Shown here: piece after piece, positions 30,373-38,888 of the stretch
How the letters are laid out: each line of letters opens with the position of its first letter
Numbering within the stretch: the first letter of the stretch is position 1
Assembly (NCBI GenBank): GCA_013152815.1
Contig: JAADFO010000002.1
Span: 1-38,888 of the forward strand
Source: Nanobdellati archaeon
Lineage (GTDB): Archaea; Nanobdellota; Nanobdellia; Woesearchaeales; JAADFO01
DNA: 38,888 nt
Direction of reading: 5' to 3'
Translations under genes and position numbers: made by a program
Notes under the pieces: model-generated
The model's input: the letters and a program-made list of their open reading frames with translations, nothing else
Told to the model about the DNA's origin: nothing
The model's database searches: none

Positions 30373-31620
30373 ATGGCCAAGGAACAGTTCAGACTCGCGA
30401 GCAGGATGGCAAAGCTAGGCACGGAAACGGCATTCGAGGTCCTCGGAGAGGTCAAGGCGTTGGAGGCAGAGGGCAAGCATATCGTCAGCTTCTGCATCGG
30501 CGAGCCGGACTTCGACACACCAGCCAACATCCGCAAGAAGGCCGTCGAAGCCATCGACAGTGGAGACACCCATTATACCGGGCCCCAGGGAAAGATCCCC
30601 CTCAGGGACAGCATCTCCAGGCACATGAAGAAGACCCGCGGCCTTGACTATTCCCGGGATGACATCGTTGTCACCCCCGGAGGGAAGCTGGTCATCTTCT
30701 CCACCATCATGGCATTGGCAGGGGAAGGCGATGAGGTCATCTATCCCAATCCGGGCTATCCCATCTACGAGAGCGCCATCGACTTTGCAGGGGCAAAGGG
30801 CATCCCTCTTCCCTATCTTGAGGAACGGCGGTTTGTCTTCGAGCTGGAGACGCTCAAGGGCCTCATCACCGACAGGACCAGGCTCATCGTCATCAACTCA
30901 CCACAGAACCCCACCGGAGGATACGTCCCCCGTGAAGACCTGGAAGAGCTGGCCAGGATCTGCGTCGAGAAGGACATCATGGTGCTTTCCGATGAGATCT
31001 ACTCCCGGCTGCTCTATGAGGGCGAGTTCACCTCAATCGCGACCTTCCCGGGCATGAAGGAAAGGACCATCATCCTTGACGGATTCTCCAAGACCTATGC
31101 CATGTGCGGCTGGAGACTCGGCTGGGCCGCCTGCCCGCCTGGATTCGCCTATTGGGTGACCAGGATGAACACGAACACGGTCTCCTGCGCCCCTTCCTTC
31201 GTCCAGACTGCAGGCATCGAAGCGTTGGATGGCCCTCAGGACGACATCGACAGCATGGTTGCAGAGTTCAAGACACGACGGGACCTCATCGTGGGACTGC
31301 TCAACGATATCGAGGGAGTCTCCTGCCACAGCCCCAAGGGAGCGTTCTACGTCTTTCCCAACGTGACCAAGGCGGTGAAGGACCTGGGCTTTGCAGACGC
31401 CAAGGAACTGCAGGAATACCTCCTGTACCAGGGCAACGTAGCTGTGCTCCATCGGGAGAACTTCGGCAGGAAGAACACCGGCGAGGACCAGGAATACCTC
31501 AGGCTGAGCTATGCGACCTCCCAGGACAACATACGGAAAGGCCTGGCGATGATAAAAGCGGCCCTTGAGGACAAGGAAAAGATAGCAAGCTTCCTGAAAG
31601 CGAAGGGAGCAAAGGAGTAG
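30373..31620 (+). CDS. Class I/II PLP-dependent aminotransferase (aspartate aminotransferase-like)
   Basis: IGEPDF, NSPQNPTG, SDEIY, GFSKTYAMCGWRLG, GAFY, LRLSYA motifs. AGGTGA RBS. Confidence 0.93.
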   Translation: MAKEQFRLASRMAKLGTETAFEVLGEVKALEAEGKHIVSFCIGEPDFDTPANIRKKAVEAIDSGDTHYTGPQGKIPLRDSISRHMKKTRGLDYSRDDIVVTPGGKLVIFSTIMALAGEGDEVIYPNPGYPIYESAIDFAGAKGIPLPYLEERRFVFELETLKGLITDRTRLIVINSPQNPTGGYVPREDLEELARICVEKDIMVLSDEIYSRLLYEGEFTSIATFPGMKERTIILDGFSKTYAMCGWRLGWAACPPGFAYWVTRMNTNTVSCAPSFVQTAGIEALDGPQDDIDSMVAEFKTRRDLIVGLLNDIEGVSCHSPKGAFYVFPNVTKAVKDLGFADAKELQEYLLYQGNVAVLHRENFGRKNTGEDQEYLRLSYATSQDNIRKGLAMIKAALEDKEKIASFLKAKGAKE

Positions 31621-31679
31621 GAAGCGATGGCGAGGGAAACGAGGAGGTCTTGTTTCAGCCGGCTCGACCATCTTCTGAC

Positions 31680-31975
31680 AGCTCTGTAGAAAGTTACGCT
31701 TTCGACGTGGTCAGCATCGGACTCGTCCACCGATGAATATACCTCTTCTGCCGTTCCGGCCCCGCACCTGGTTACGCTCAGTTGACACGCAATAGGGAGC
31801 ATGAAGCTCCATTACGCTGCCCTGCTGTGCATCTGCAAGGCAGCGGTGCGGAACAACGGGTTCCGCTTCCTTTGATCAAACTTTCGTGAAAGTTTGGGGG
31901 CAACCCCCGGAACTCTTCCGCTCCTGAGCAGGGTAAGGCCTCGCAAAGGATGCTGACCTCACTTTCTACAAAGCC
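31680..31975. mobile_element. Non-autonomous MITE-like element, copy 2 (296 bp; 9-bp TSD YCTTCTGAC)
   Basis: Left end AGCTCTGTAGAAAGT, right end ACTTTCTACAAAGCC. Flanks TCTTCTGAC (31671-31679) and CCTTCTGAC (31976-31984). Colinear with copy 1 and in the same orientation. Confidence 0.9.
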
Positions 31976-31989
31976 CCTTCTGACCGAAG

Positions 31990-31998
31990 TTTTTTAAA
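31990..31998 (+). promoter_or_regulatory. Archaeal TATA box for metG
   Basis: CGAAG-TTTTTTAAA ending 23 nt before ATG 32022. No RBS, so probably leaderless. Confidence 0.55.
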
Positions 31999-32021
31999 GC
32001 ACGCTGCGTTCTTCAGTCGCC

Positions 32022-34208
32022 ATGGAAGCTGATAGGCCTGCAAAGCGCATCCTGGTGACCTCGGCATTGCCCTATGCCAACGGCCCCATCCACATCGGCC
32101 ATCTCGTGGAATACATCCAGACAGACATCCATGTCCGGTTCCTCAGGCTCCTGGGCAAGGATGTCATCTACTGCTGCGCCGACGACACCCACGGCACGCC
32201 CATCTCCATCAAGGCAGAGCAGCTGGGCATCAGGCCTGAAGAGCTCATCGCACAGACCCAGAAGGAACATCTGGAGGATTTCTCATCGTTCCACATCTCC
32301 TTTGACTCATACTATTCCACCAACTCTGCGGAGAACCAGGAATACGCCAACAAGATATTCGGAGAACTGAAACAGAAAGGGCTCATCTACCAGAAAGAGG
32401 TCGAGAACTTCTACGACGAGAAAGAGCACCGGTTCCTTCCGGACAGGTATGTGAAGGGCGAATGCCCGAAATGCGGCGCCAAGGACCAGTACGGCGATGT
32501 CTGTGAAGCCTGCGGCTCGACCCACAAGCCGACCGATCTCATCAACCCTTATTCAGTGCTGTCCAAGACCAAACCCATCAGGAAGAAGTCGATGCACTAC
32601 TTCTTCAGGCTCAGCGCCCTCTCGGAGAAGCTGGACCATTGGCTCAGAGGAAACAGCAAACTCCAGCCAGAGATCGTGAACTATGTCGGAAACTGGATAA
32701 AGGAAGGACTGCAGGACTGGGACATCTCCAGGGACGGCCCCTATTTCGGCTTCAGGATACCCGGAGAGGACGACAAGTATTTCTATGTGTGGCTCGACGC
32801 TCCCATCGGCTACATCTCCTCGACCCAGCATTGGTGCAGGCAGCACGGCCTTGATGCAGAAGAGCACTACTGGAAGAGCAGGGACAGCAGGATCATCCAC
32901 TTCATCGGCAAGGACATCATGTATTTTCATTTCCTCTTCTGGCCTGCCATGCTCATGGAATCAGGGTTCAACCTGCCGGACAACCTTGTGGTCCATGGTT
33001 TCCTCACGGTCAACGGAGAGAAGATGTCCAAGTCACGGGGGACCTTTCTCACGGCGAAGGACTTCCTCAGAAGAGCAGACCCTGAGTTCCTCAGGTATTA
33101 CTACGCAGGCAACCTGTCCCACAGCATCAACGACATCGACCTGAACTTCCAGGACCTCCAGGAGCGGATCAACACCGAACTGGTCGCCAACGTGGCCAAC
33201 TTCTTCTACAGGGTATTGTCCTTCACCCACCAGAACTTCCAGGGAACGACCGGCAAGGTGAAAGACACGAAGACCGCGACAGCCTGGTCTGCCCTGTTCG
33301 GGCAGGTCAAGGAAGCGTTCCAGTCCTTCGAATACCGGGAGGCGGTGAAGCGGATCATGCATCTCAGCACCCTGGGAAACCGCTATTTCCAGGAAAAAGA
33401 GCCATGGAAGCTCATCAAGGAAGACCGGGAAGAGACCCTGTCTGTGCTCACCCTCTGCGTCAACCTGGTCAAGGACCTGACCATCTCCCTGAAACCCATC
33501 CTGCCTGTCTTCACCGCTGCCATCGAGAAGCAGCTCAACCTCAAGGAGCTCACATGGAAAGACCTTGACTTCAGGCTGGAAGGACACCGGCTGGGAACCC
33601 CGAAGATCATCCTCAGGCCGACCGAGATCATATTCGATGACATCAAGGAAGACAAAAAAGACAAGCAGGACAAGAAAGACAGACAAGACAAGAAACACAG
33701 CCAAGACAAGAAACACAAGCAAGACAAGACAGACGATGCTTCTGGTGATTTTGGACTCCTGAACCTGAAGGTTGCGGAAGTGCTCGAAGCGAAGGAACAT
33801 CCCGACGCAGACAGGCTCCTGGTGCTGCAGATAGACCTCGGAGAGGAGCAGCGGCAGCTGGTGGCAGGCATCAGGAAGCATTATCGTCCAGAAGAGCTCG
33901 TCGGAAGGCACATCGTCATCGTCGCAAACCTCAAAGAGGCCACGCTGCGGGGCAAGAAGAGCCAGGGAATGCTCCTCGCCGGCCAGGAAGGGGAAAAGCT
34001 CGTCCTGGTGGAAGCCCCAAAAAGCAGGCCAGGAGACCAGGTGACGGTCCCGGGCATCACCCCGAACCAGGAGGAGATAACCATCGACGATTTCAGTACC
34101 GTAAAGATCCTCGCTCTCGACGGCAGGGTGCTCTGGGACGGGAAAGAGCTCAGGACAGGGACAGAACCCTTACGATGCCAGGGCATCGCCAGAAGCAGGA
34201 TCGGCTGA
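32022..34208 (+). CDS. metG: Methionyl-tRNA synthetase with C-terminal tRNA-binding (Trbp111-like) domain
   Basis: SALPYANGPIHIGH, two Zn knuckles (CPKC, CEAC), YVWLDAPIGY, KMSKS, and C-terminal HPDADRL...SQGMLLA. Confidence 0.97.
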   Translation: MEADRPAKRILVTSALPYANGPIHIGHLVEYIQTDIHVRFLRLLGKDVIYCCADDTHGTPISIKAEQLGIRPEELIAQTQKEHLEDFSSFHISFDSYYSTNSAENQEYANKIFGELKQKGLIYQKEVENFYDEKEHRFLPDRYVKGECPKCGAKDQYGDVCEACGSTHKPTDLINPYSVLSKTKPIRKKSMHYFFRLSALSEKLDHWLRGNSKLQPEIVNYVGNWIKEGLQDWDISRDGPYFGFRIPGEDDKYFYVWLDAPIGYISSTQHWCRQHGLDAEEHYWKSRDSRIIHFIGKDIMYFHFLFWPAMLMESGFNLPDNLVVHGFLTVNGEKMSKSRGTFLTAKDFLRRADPEFLRYYYAGNLSHSINDIDLNFQDLQERINTELVANVANFFYRVLSFTHQNFQGTTGKVKDTKTATAWSALFGQVKEAFQSFEYREAVKRIMHLSTLGNRYFQEKEPWKLIKEDREETLSVLTLCVNLVKDLTISLKPILPVFTAAIEKQLNLKELTWKDLDFRLEGHRLGTPKIILRPTEIIFDDIKEDKKDKQDKKDRQDKKHSQDKKHKQDKTDDASGDFGLLNLKVAEVLEAKEHPDADRLLVLQIDLGEEQRQLVAGIRKHYRPEELVGRHIVIVANLKEATLRGKKSQGMLLAGQEGEKLVLVEAPKSRPGDQVTVPGITPNQEEITIDDFSTVKILALDGRVLWDGKELRTGTEPLRCQGIARSRIG
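33648..33737 (+). repeat. In-frame ~18-bp degenerate tandem repeat in the MetRS linker
   Basis: Encodes EDKKDKQDKKDRQDKKHSQDKKHKQDKTDD. Confidence 0.85.
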
Positions 34209-35396
34209 GCTTGCCTTCTTTGCAGCGGCCTTCTCAAGATTGAGGCAGGAATTCATCAGATAGATGTTCGTGATCTCACTACAGACTGTATAGTCCCCTT
34301 CCAGGGCGAAGGACAGGAGACAGGAGTCCTTCTTGCTCGGGATGAGGATCTGGTCACACATCGCCTTGTCATCCACCTCATCCGCCACCTGGGCGATGCA
34401 TTCATCCTTCTGCGCCTGGTCGGTGAGCGTGGTGCAGAGGTCATGAGCCTGGTCAGGATCGGTTGTTGCAAGGTTCCTCGCGAAGATCAGCTGTTCACGC
34501 GGGTCCAGGTCACGGAAGCTGCGGTCTCCCTGGGTGCATGCCCGGCAGATGCCGCCGCAGTCGATGCCGGTCTCGTCCTGGTTCCTGATGCCGTCGAAAC
34601 AGGAAGCGGTCAGGCAGGGCCTGCAGACGCCGCCGCAGTCCACCCCTTCCTCATCCTGATCCTGGACATTGTCGAAGCAGCTCCCCTCGACGCAGGGGAC
34701 GCAGGAACCCCCGCAATCCACATCGGTCTCATCACCGTCCAGCAGTCCGTCGCTGCAATGGTCGCAGGGGTCGCAGCTCCCGCCGCAGTCCACCCCGGTC
34801 TCGTCCTGGTTCTGCTCATTGTCGAAGCAGGTGGGGACCGGCCCTTTCTTATAGACCTTGAAGAGGAAACTCGCCACCGCCTGCTTGCCCTCATAGTCGG
34901 CCAGGGTCTGCATAAGATAATAGCCCGGAGAGAGGTCAGCGGGTATGTCGATGGTCGTCGTGGAGGAACCTTTGGTCTCGATGGCCATGGTCTCTTTCTT
35001 CGAGAGCAGCTCGTCACCGTTCCGGGGATTCAGGATCGAATGGGTCAATACCATATCATGGCGTTTTGCAGAGCCCATGCTGGAGATCTCCTTGATGAAG
35101 GACAGCTGGCCTCCCGGCTCTACGTCCACCTGCAGCGGCTTGGTGTTGAGGTCGAGGAGGAACGACGGTTCAGACCGGTTGAACGCGGTGAAGAAGACGA
35201 CCGCCATGGCCACGACCACGACGAGAAAGCCGACGATGATGAGGGCCATCGGCAGATGATGGTGTTCCTGCCGGGCAAGGCCGGCATCGATTATTGACGG
35301 GGCATAGCCTGCCCGCAGGAGCGAGAGCTTTATCTGGGAATCCGGAACACCCCTTTTTCGCTGCTCCTGGATGTAGGCATGGAGTCGCGGGTCCAT
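34170..35396 (-). CDS. Membrane-anchored surface protein with Ig-like domain and four Cys-rich DCGG repeats
   Basis: MDPRLHAYIQEQRKRG helical N-terminus, one TM helix, an Ig-like region, 4x CxDxxxxxDExxxDCGGxCxxC, and a Cys-helical C-terminus. TTTTATATA about 24 nt upstream. Confidence 0.8.
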   Translation of the reverse strand: MDPRLHAYIQEQRKRGVPDSQIKLSLLRAGYAPSIIDAGLARQEHHHLPMALIIVGFLVVVVAMAVVFFTAFNRSEPSFLLDLNTKPLQVDVEPGGQLSFIKEISSMGSAKRHDMVLTHSILNPRNGDELLSKKETMAIETKGSSTTTIDIPADLSPGYYLMQTLADYEGKQAVASFLFKVYKKGPVPTCFDNEQNQDETGVDCGGSCDPCDHCSDGLLDGDETDVDCGGSCVPCVEGSCFDNVQDQDEEGVDCGGVCRPCLTASCFDGIRNQDETGIDCGGICRACTQGDRSFRDLDPREQLIFARNLATTDPDQAHDLCTTLTDQAQKDECIAQVADEVDDKAMCDQILIPSKKDSCLLSFALEGDYTVCSEITNIYLMNSCLNLEKAAAKKASSADPASGDALAS

Positions 35397-35595
35397 CGTG
35401 AAAGAACAGGGAACACATCTATATAAAAGCTTCTTTGTGAACGCTTTTTGGTATCTCCCCGGAGACGACAGAGCAGGGGACAGGAAGAAAACAGCAAATA
35501 AGCAGATGCAGCACAGGGTGCAATACATTTAAATAGGAGCACCATCAGTTATCCTACCATCAGGGGACCCATTGTCTTAAAAGAGGACGTTTACT

Positions 35596-38500
35596 TTGAA
35601 GGGAAAAATTGGCGACATCAGAAATAGGAGCCTCTTCATGATATGGCTCATCATCTCCCTGCCCATCATCTCTGCTTCGGTCATGGCCCAGAGCTCGAAC
35701 GGCATGCATGCGCGTGCAGCCGGTGCAGACGATGTCGACGGCTTCTTCAGGGGACAGGGAGACCCGGTCACCCTGACGCTCACTGCAGAGGACCAGGCGA
35801 CACCGCTTACCCCTGACCTGGTGGGCATGAGCTATAAGACCTATACGCCGTTGTTCTCTGACACTGTCATCTGCCATGGCACCGGAAACCCGGAACCGGG
35901 CTGCACCGAACTCACCGGCGCAGAATATGCTCCCAGCACCTATGCATGCACCTGTGTCGAGACCTTTACCCAGCCGTTCCGCAACTACCGTCTCTACACG
36001 CTTGACGCAGCAGGGACGAAGCATTTTTCCGATTATCTCGACCTCTACCCTGACAAGCTCCCTCCCCAGGCAAGCATCGTCGGGCTTTCCCAGACAGGGT
36101 CGTCGGTCACCCTTACCACCCAGCTGAGCGACACTGCCTGCAGCACCTGCGGCAACATCTGTTCCGGCGTCAGGGAGATGGAGATCTACAGCCAGGGAAG
36201 CCTGCTCGACACGCTCACCTTTGACAAGAAAAGCTGCAGCTTCGAGAACACGACCGTCCTTGACGTGGGCGCAAGCGGCGACATCCCCATCTGCGTGAAG
36301 GTCAAGGACAAGATGCACAATGGCGGGACCGATCCAGAACATGAATCGCCATTGGTCTGCAAGAACGTCACCACCGATTTCTCGGCCCCCGGGGTCTGTC
36401 CTGACGGCTCGTTCAGGATCATGCAGGGCTCTGAAGAGGTCACCCAGTATTCCACCGGCAACCTCAACTCTGCCTTCACCGCCGATGTCCTGTTCCATGT
36501 GGACGAAGAGCACCTGGCCAGGGTAGAGGTGGACGCCCATGAGCTCCACCTGAGCAGCATCTACAGCGACCCGTTCTACGGAGGCAACTACCTCCATCTC
36601 ACCTATCCCGGCAGGGTGAGCTGCACAAAGGCAGGCACCGGCTACGACTGCAGGATCCCACATCTGCTCATCATGCCGGGAAGCGACACTCTCCAGATAC
36701 AGGTGAAGGCCAAAGACCTGCAGGACAACGAGGGAGACGGAAGCTGCACCGACACGCTCACCAAGGATGACACCAAGCCGGTCTCCACCTTTCTCGGAAC
36801 AAGTACCTGCGACAGCGACCGATGCTACATCAGGCCTGGCAGGATGAAGTTCCTCACCCGCATCGACGAGACAGGATCGGGGTTCGGGAACGGCCTCGTG
36901 TTCTTCGACCTCAACGGCATCAGCACCGCCTACAAGAACGACGGAAACGATGCCTACTGGGCGTACCAGTGCGACGAGGATTCCGGCGTCTGGACCTGCT
37001 ATGGCTACGGTCTGGTTCCTGAGGGCGAGCATCGGTCAGGGGACACGGTGGACATCTCGCTCCATTACAATTCCATCGACGACGCGGGCAATTCCGTAAC
37101 AGGCGTCACCGATGCTGCCCTGGTCTATGATGATGTGGCTCCCTCATTGGTCGAAGACGTCAGTGTCCTTACCGATGCAGGGCTGGACTTCTACACTGAA
37201 GGGTCGAACCTGGAGATCAACGCGCGGCTGACCGACGACGTATCAGGAGTCGAACGGGCGGTGGCAGATTTCAGCAGCATCAAGCAGGGGCTCAACCACT
37301 CAGAGACCACCTGCACCAAGGAGACGGTGGAGGGCAAGGACGAATACCGATGTTCCTGGCTGGTCTCCCAGATAGAAGGGCCGGTGAGCAATGCAGAGCT
37401 TGATTTCACGTTCTATGACATCGCAGGCAACAGCCTGGAGAACTCGACCAGGATAACGGTCCTGGAGAACCAGGACCAGGAGGTCAACTTCTGGGACATC
37501 GACGAGAGCAACATCGTCCGACGGCCCGACAGGATAGACAAGACCACCATGACCCTCAATATCAACCAGAGGATCTATTTCAGCATCCCGCTCCGCAAAC
37601 GGATCGGTTCCAGGGTGAAGACCCTGCAGATGCACGCCGACTGCGGACCCCAGACAAGCACCGATTTCCTGCTGCCTGACAGCCAGGGGAACAGCATCGT
37701 CACCTTCAACGACCAGCAGGGCTCCACCAACCCATTCATCCTGATGACGCTGAAGAAGACCGACGTGCCCATGACCGAAGGGCAGGACATTGATTTTGAC
37801 TGCACCCTGACCACCCAGTCACGGAAAGGGCTCTCCACCTATCCTGCAGAGGAAGACAACTTCACCATCTCCCTGAAATTCTACAACCAGCCCCTGGGCG
37901 AACTTGATAAGAATGTCATGGACGAGGTCTACAGGGTCAAGAACTCAGACCTCGTGTCCCAGAAAGGCTTTGCCTCCATCCAGAAATGGGAGAAGATCGT
38001 GGGCTTCGGCCAGAGCATCTGCACCCTACTGCAGACCATCACGATCACGCTGAATGTGTTCGGCATCACCATGGGAAGCATTTCTGCAGCAGCAGAGAAA
38101 ACAGGGATTCTCGCATGGCTGGCACGGCTTCTCGTAGCAGTCAATGATGGTGCCCAGATAGGAGGGGATGTTGTCATGTTCTCGGTCCACTGGATCTGCG
38201 CAGCCGCAACATGCACCATCCCGCAGAAACTGCTCAATCAAGCAGGTCTCAGGGGAGTATCGACCGTGTGGGGTTTCGCACTGAAGAACCCTGAGTCCAG
38301 CATCATCACCAGCGTCATCACGTTATGCATCCCCGGCATCATCCAGAACCTGAAGAAGGCAAGGGCAGTGGAATGCAGATACATCTCCTGCCTCCGCAAC
38401 GAGGTGAAAGCAGGGATGCCTGTCTTCGCCTGCACGTCTGAAAGAGGATATAACTGGTGCAAATACGTCTATCAGCAACGCATCAATTCCATCCCCTTTG

Positions 38501-38754
38501 TCCAGATGCTCAACACCATCACCAAGATGGTGAGAGAAGCCCTGCGGAACCCGCTGGCCCTGGGCCTTGCTCTGCTGGCAGTGGCATGCGCTGTAATCCC
38601 CAACATCGAAGGCAAGACCGCTTGCCAGATCTCGAATAACATCGGCAAACTCGGACAGATCTATGACTATGTCATGAACTTTGACATCGACAAGTTCTGG
38701 TCAAAGCCTGCAGACGTCTGCACAGGAGCATTGGAGGGACTCGATGACAAATAG
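35596..38754 (+). CDS. Large Cys-rich secreted/membrane protein (Ig-like repeats + hydrophobic Cys-rich C-terminal domain)
   Basis: 1052-aa ORF with signal peptide (IISASVMA). Repeats of DxAGN / DxxSGV Ig-like motifs. C-terminal helical region SIITSVITLCIPGIIQNLKKARAVECRYISCL. Start is TTG 35596 or ATG 35638. Confidence 0.8.
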   Translation: MKGKIGDIRNRSLFMIWLIISLPIISASVMAQSSNGMHARAAGADDVDGFFRGQGDPVTLTLTAEDQATPLTPDLVGMSYKTYTPLFSDTVICHGTGNPEPGCTELTGAEYAPSTYACTCVETFTQPFRNYRLYTLDAAGTKHFSDYLDLYPDKLPPQASIVGLSQTGSSVTLTTQLSDTACSTCGNICSGVREMEIYSQGSLLDTLTFDKKSCSFENTTVLDVGASGDIPICVKVKDKMHNGGTDPEHESPLVCKNVTTDFSAPGVCPDGSFRIMQGSEEVTQYSTGNLNSAFTADVLFHVDEEHLARVEVDAHELHLSSIYSDPFYGGNYLHLTYPGRVSCTKAGTGYDCRIPHLLIMPGSDTLQIQVKAKDLQDNEGDGSCTDTLTKDDTKPVSTFLGTSTCDSDRCYIRPGRMKFLTRIDETGSGFGNGLVFFDLNGISTAYKNDGNDAYWAYQCDEDSGVWTCYGYGLVPEGEHRSGDTVDISLHYNSIDDAGNSVTGVTDAALVYDDVAPSLVEDVSVLTDAGLDFYTEGSNLEINARLTDDVSGVERAVADFSSIKQGLNHSETTCTKETVEGKDEYRCSWLVSQIEGPVSNAELDFTFYDIAGNSLENSTRITVLENQDQEVNFWDIDESNIVRRPDRIDKTTMTLNINQRIYFSIPLRKRIGSRVKTLQMHADCGPQTSTDFLLPDSQGNSIVTFNDQQGSTNPFILMTLKKTDVPMTEGQDIDFDCTLTTQSRKGLSTYPAEEDNFTISLKFYNQPLGELDKNVMDEVYRVKNSDLVSQKGFASIQKWEKIVGFGQSICTLLQTITITLNVFGITMGSISAAAEKTGILAWLARLLVAVNDGAQIGGDVVMFSVHWICAAATCTIPQKLLNQAGLRGVSTVWGFALKNPESSIITSVITLCIPGIIQNLKKARAVECRYISCLRNEVKAGMPVFACTSERGYNWCKYVYQQRINSIPFVQMLNTITKMVREALRNPLALGLALLAVACAVIPNIEGKTACQISNNIGKLGQIYDYVMNFDIDKFWSKPADVCTGALEGLDDK

Positions 38755-38888
38755 GAAACGGTTCCTGGCCCTGCTGTTCGTGGCGTTGCTGCTGGCGGGG
38801 CTTGCAGGAGGAGACGGCAATGACAATAAAGACGGTGATAAATCTCCGTATACGACGATAGAGAAAGGTAAATTCACACCAAACAAAG
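38744..38888 (+). CDS. Secreted protein, N-terminal fragment (3' truncated by window)
   Basis: MTNRKRFLALLFVALLLAGLAGGDGNDNKDGDKSPY... open to the window end. GGAGGG RBS. Overlaps the upstream stop. Confidence 0.7.
   Translation, partial: MTNRKRFLALLFVALLLAGLAGGDGNDNKDGDKSPYTTIEKGKFTPNK

Noticed and set aside
31661..31670. Flank GGCTCGACCA resembling element-internal GGCTCGGCCA / GACTCGTCCA
   Set aside because: It is a short GC-rich match with no equivalent at the copy 1 flank, so probably chance.

Overview
Gene-dense archaeal chromosome segment. The class I LysRS 3' end, Alba, Taw3/Tyw3, TATA-box promoters about 25-30 nt before start codons, a bacterial-type GyrB, an S-layer-like protein, a KGQ-pilin-like protein and Cys-rich surface proteins suggest a DPANN archaeon, most likely Woesearchaeales (inference). 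Most of the window is housekeeping or metabolic: parA, gdhA, purM, phoU-like, gyrB, CNNM/CorC, alba, tRNA-Arg(TCG), HIT, pncB, 2-hydroxyacid dehydrogenase, aminotransferase and metG. Four things stand out. (1) There are two dispersed copies (4812-5106 and 31680-31975) of a ~295-bp non-coding element with IS903-like terminal inverted repeats and 9-bp target-site duplications. Its interior folds into a nested multi-helix structure with minus-strand G-U support and two hypervariable segments, and both copies sit just upstream of a TATA box. (2) An AT-rich secreted-protein locus (142-3494) encodes a peptidoglycan-binding domain in an archaeon. It appears split by a 5-bp duplication and is coupled to a pilin-like gene. 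(3) A cluster of putative chromatin genes (HTH, Zn-ribbon/H1-like, Alba). (4) Several short tandem-repeat expansions at gene ends or linkers. No CRISPR array, rRNA or transposase was seen.
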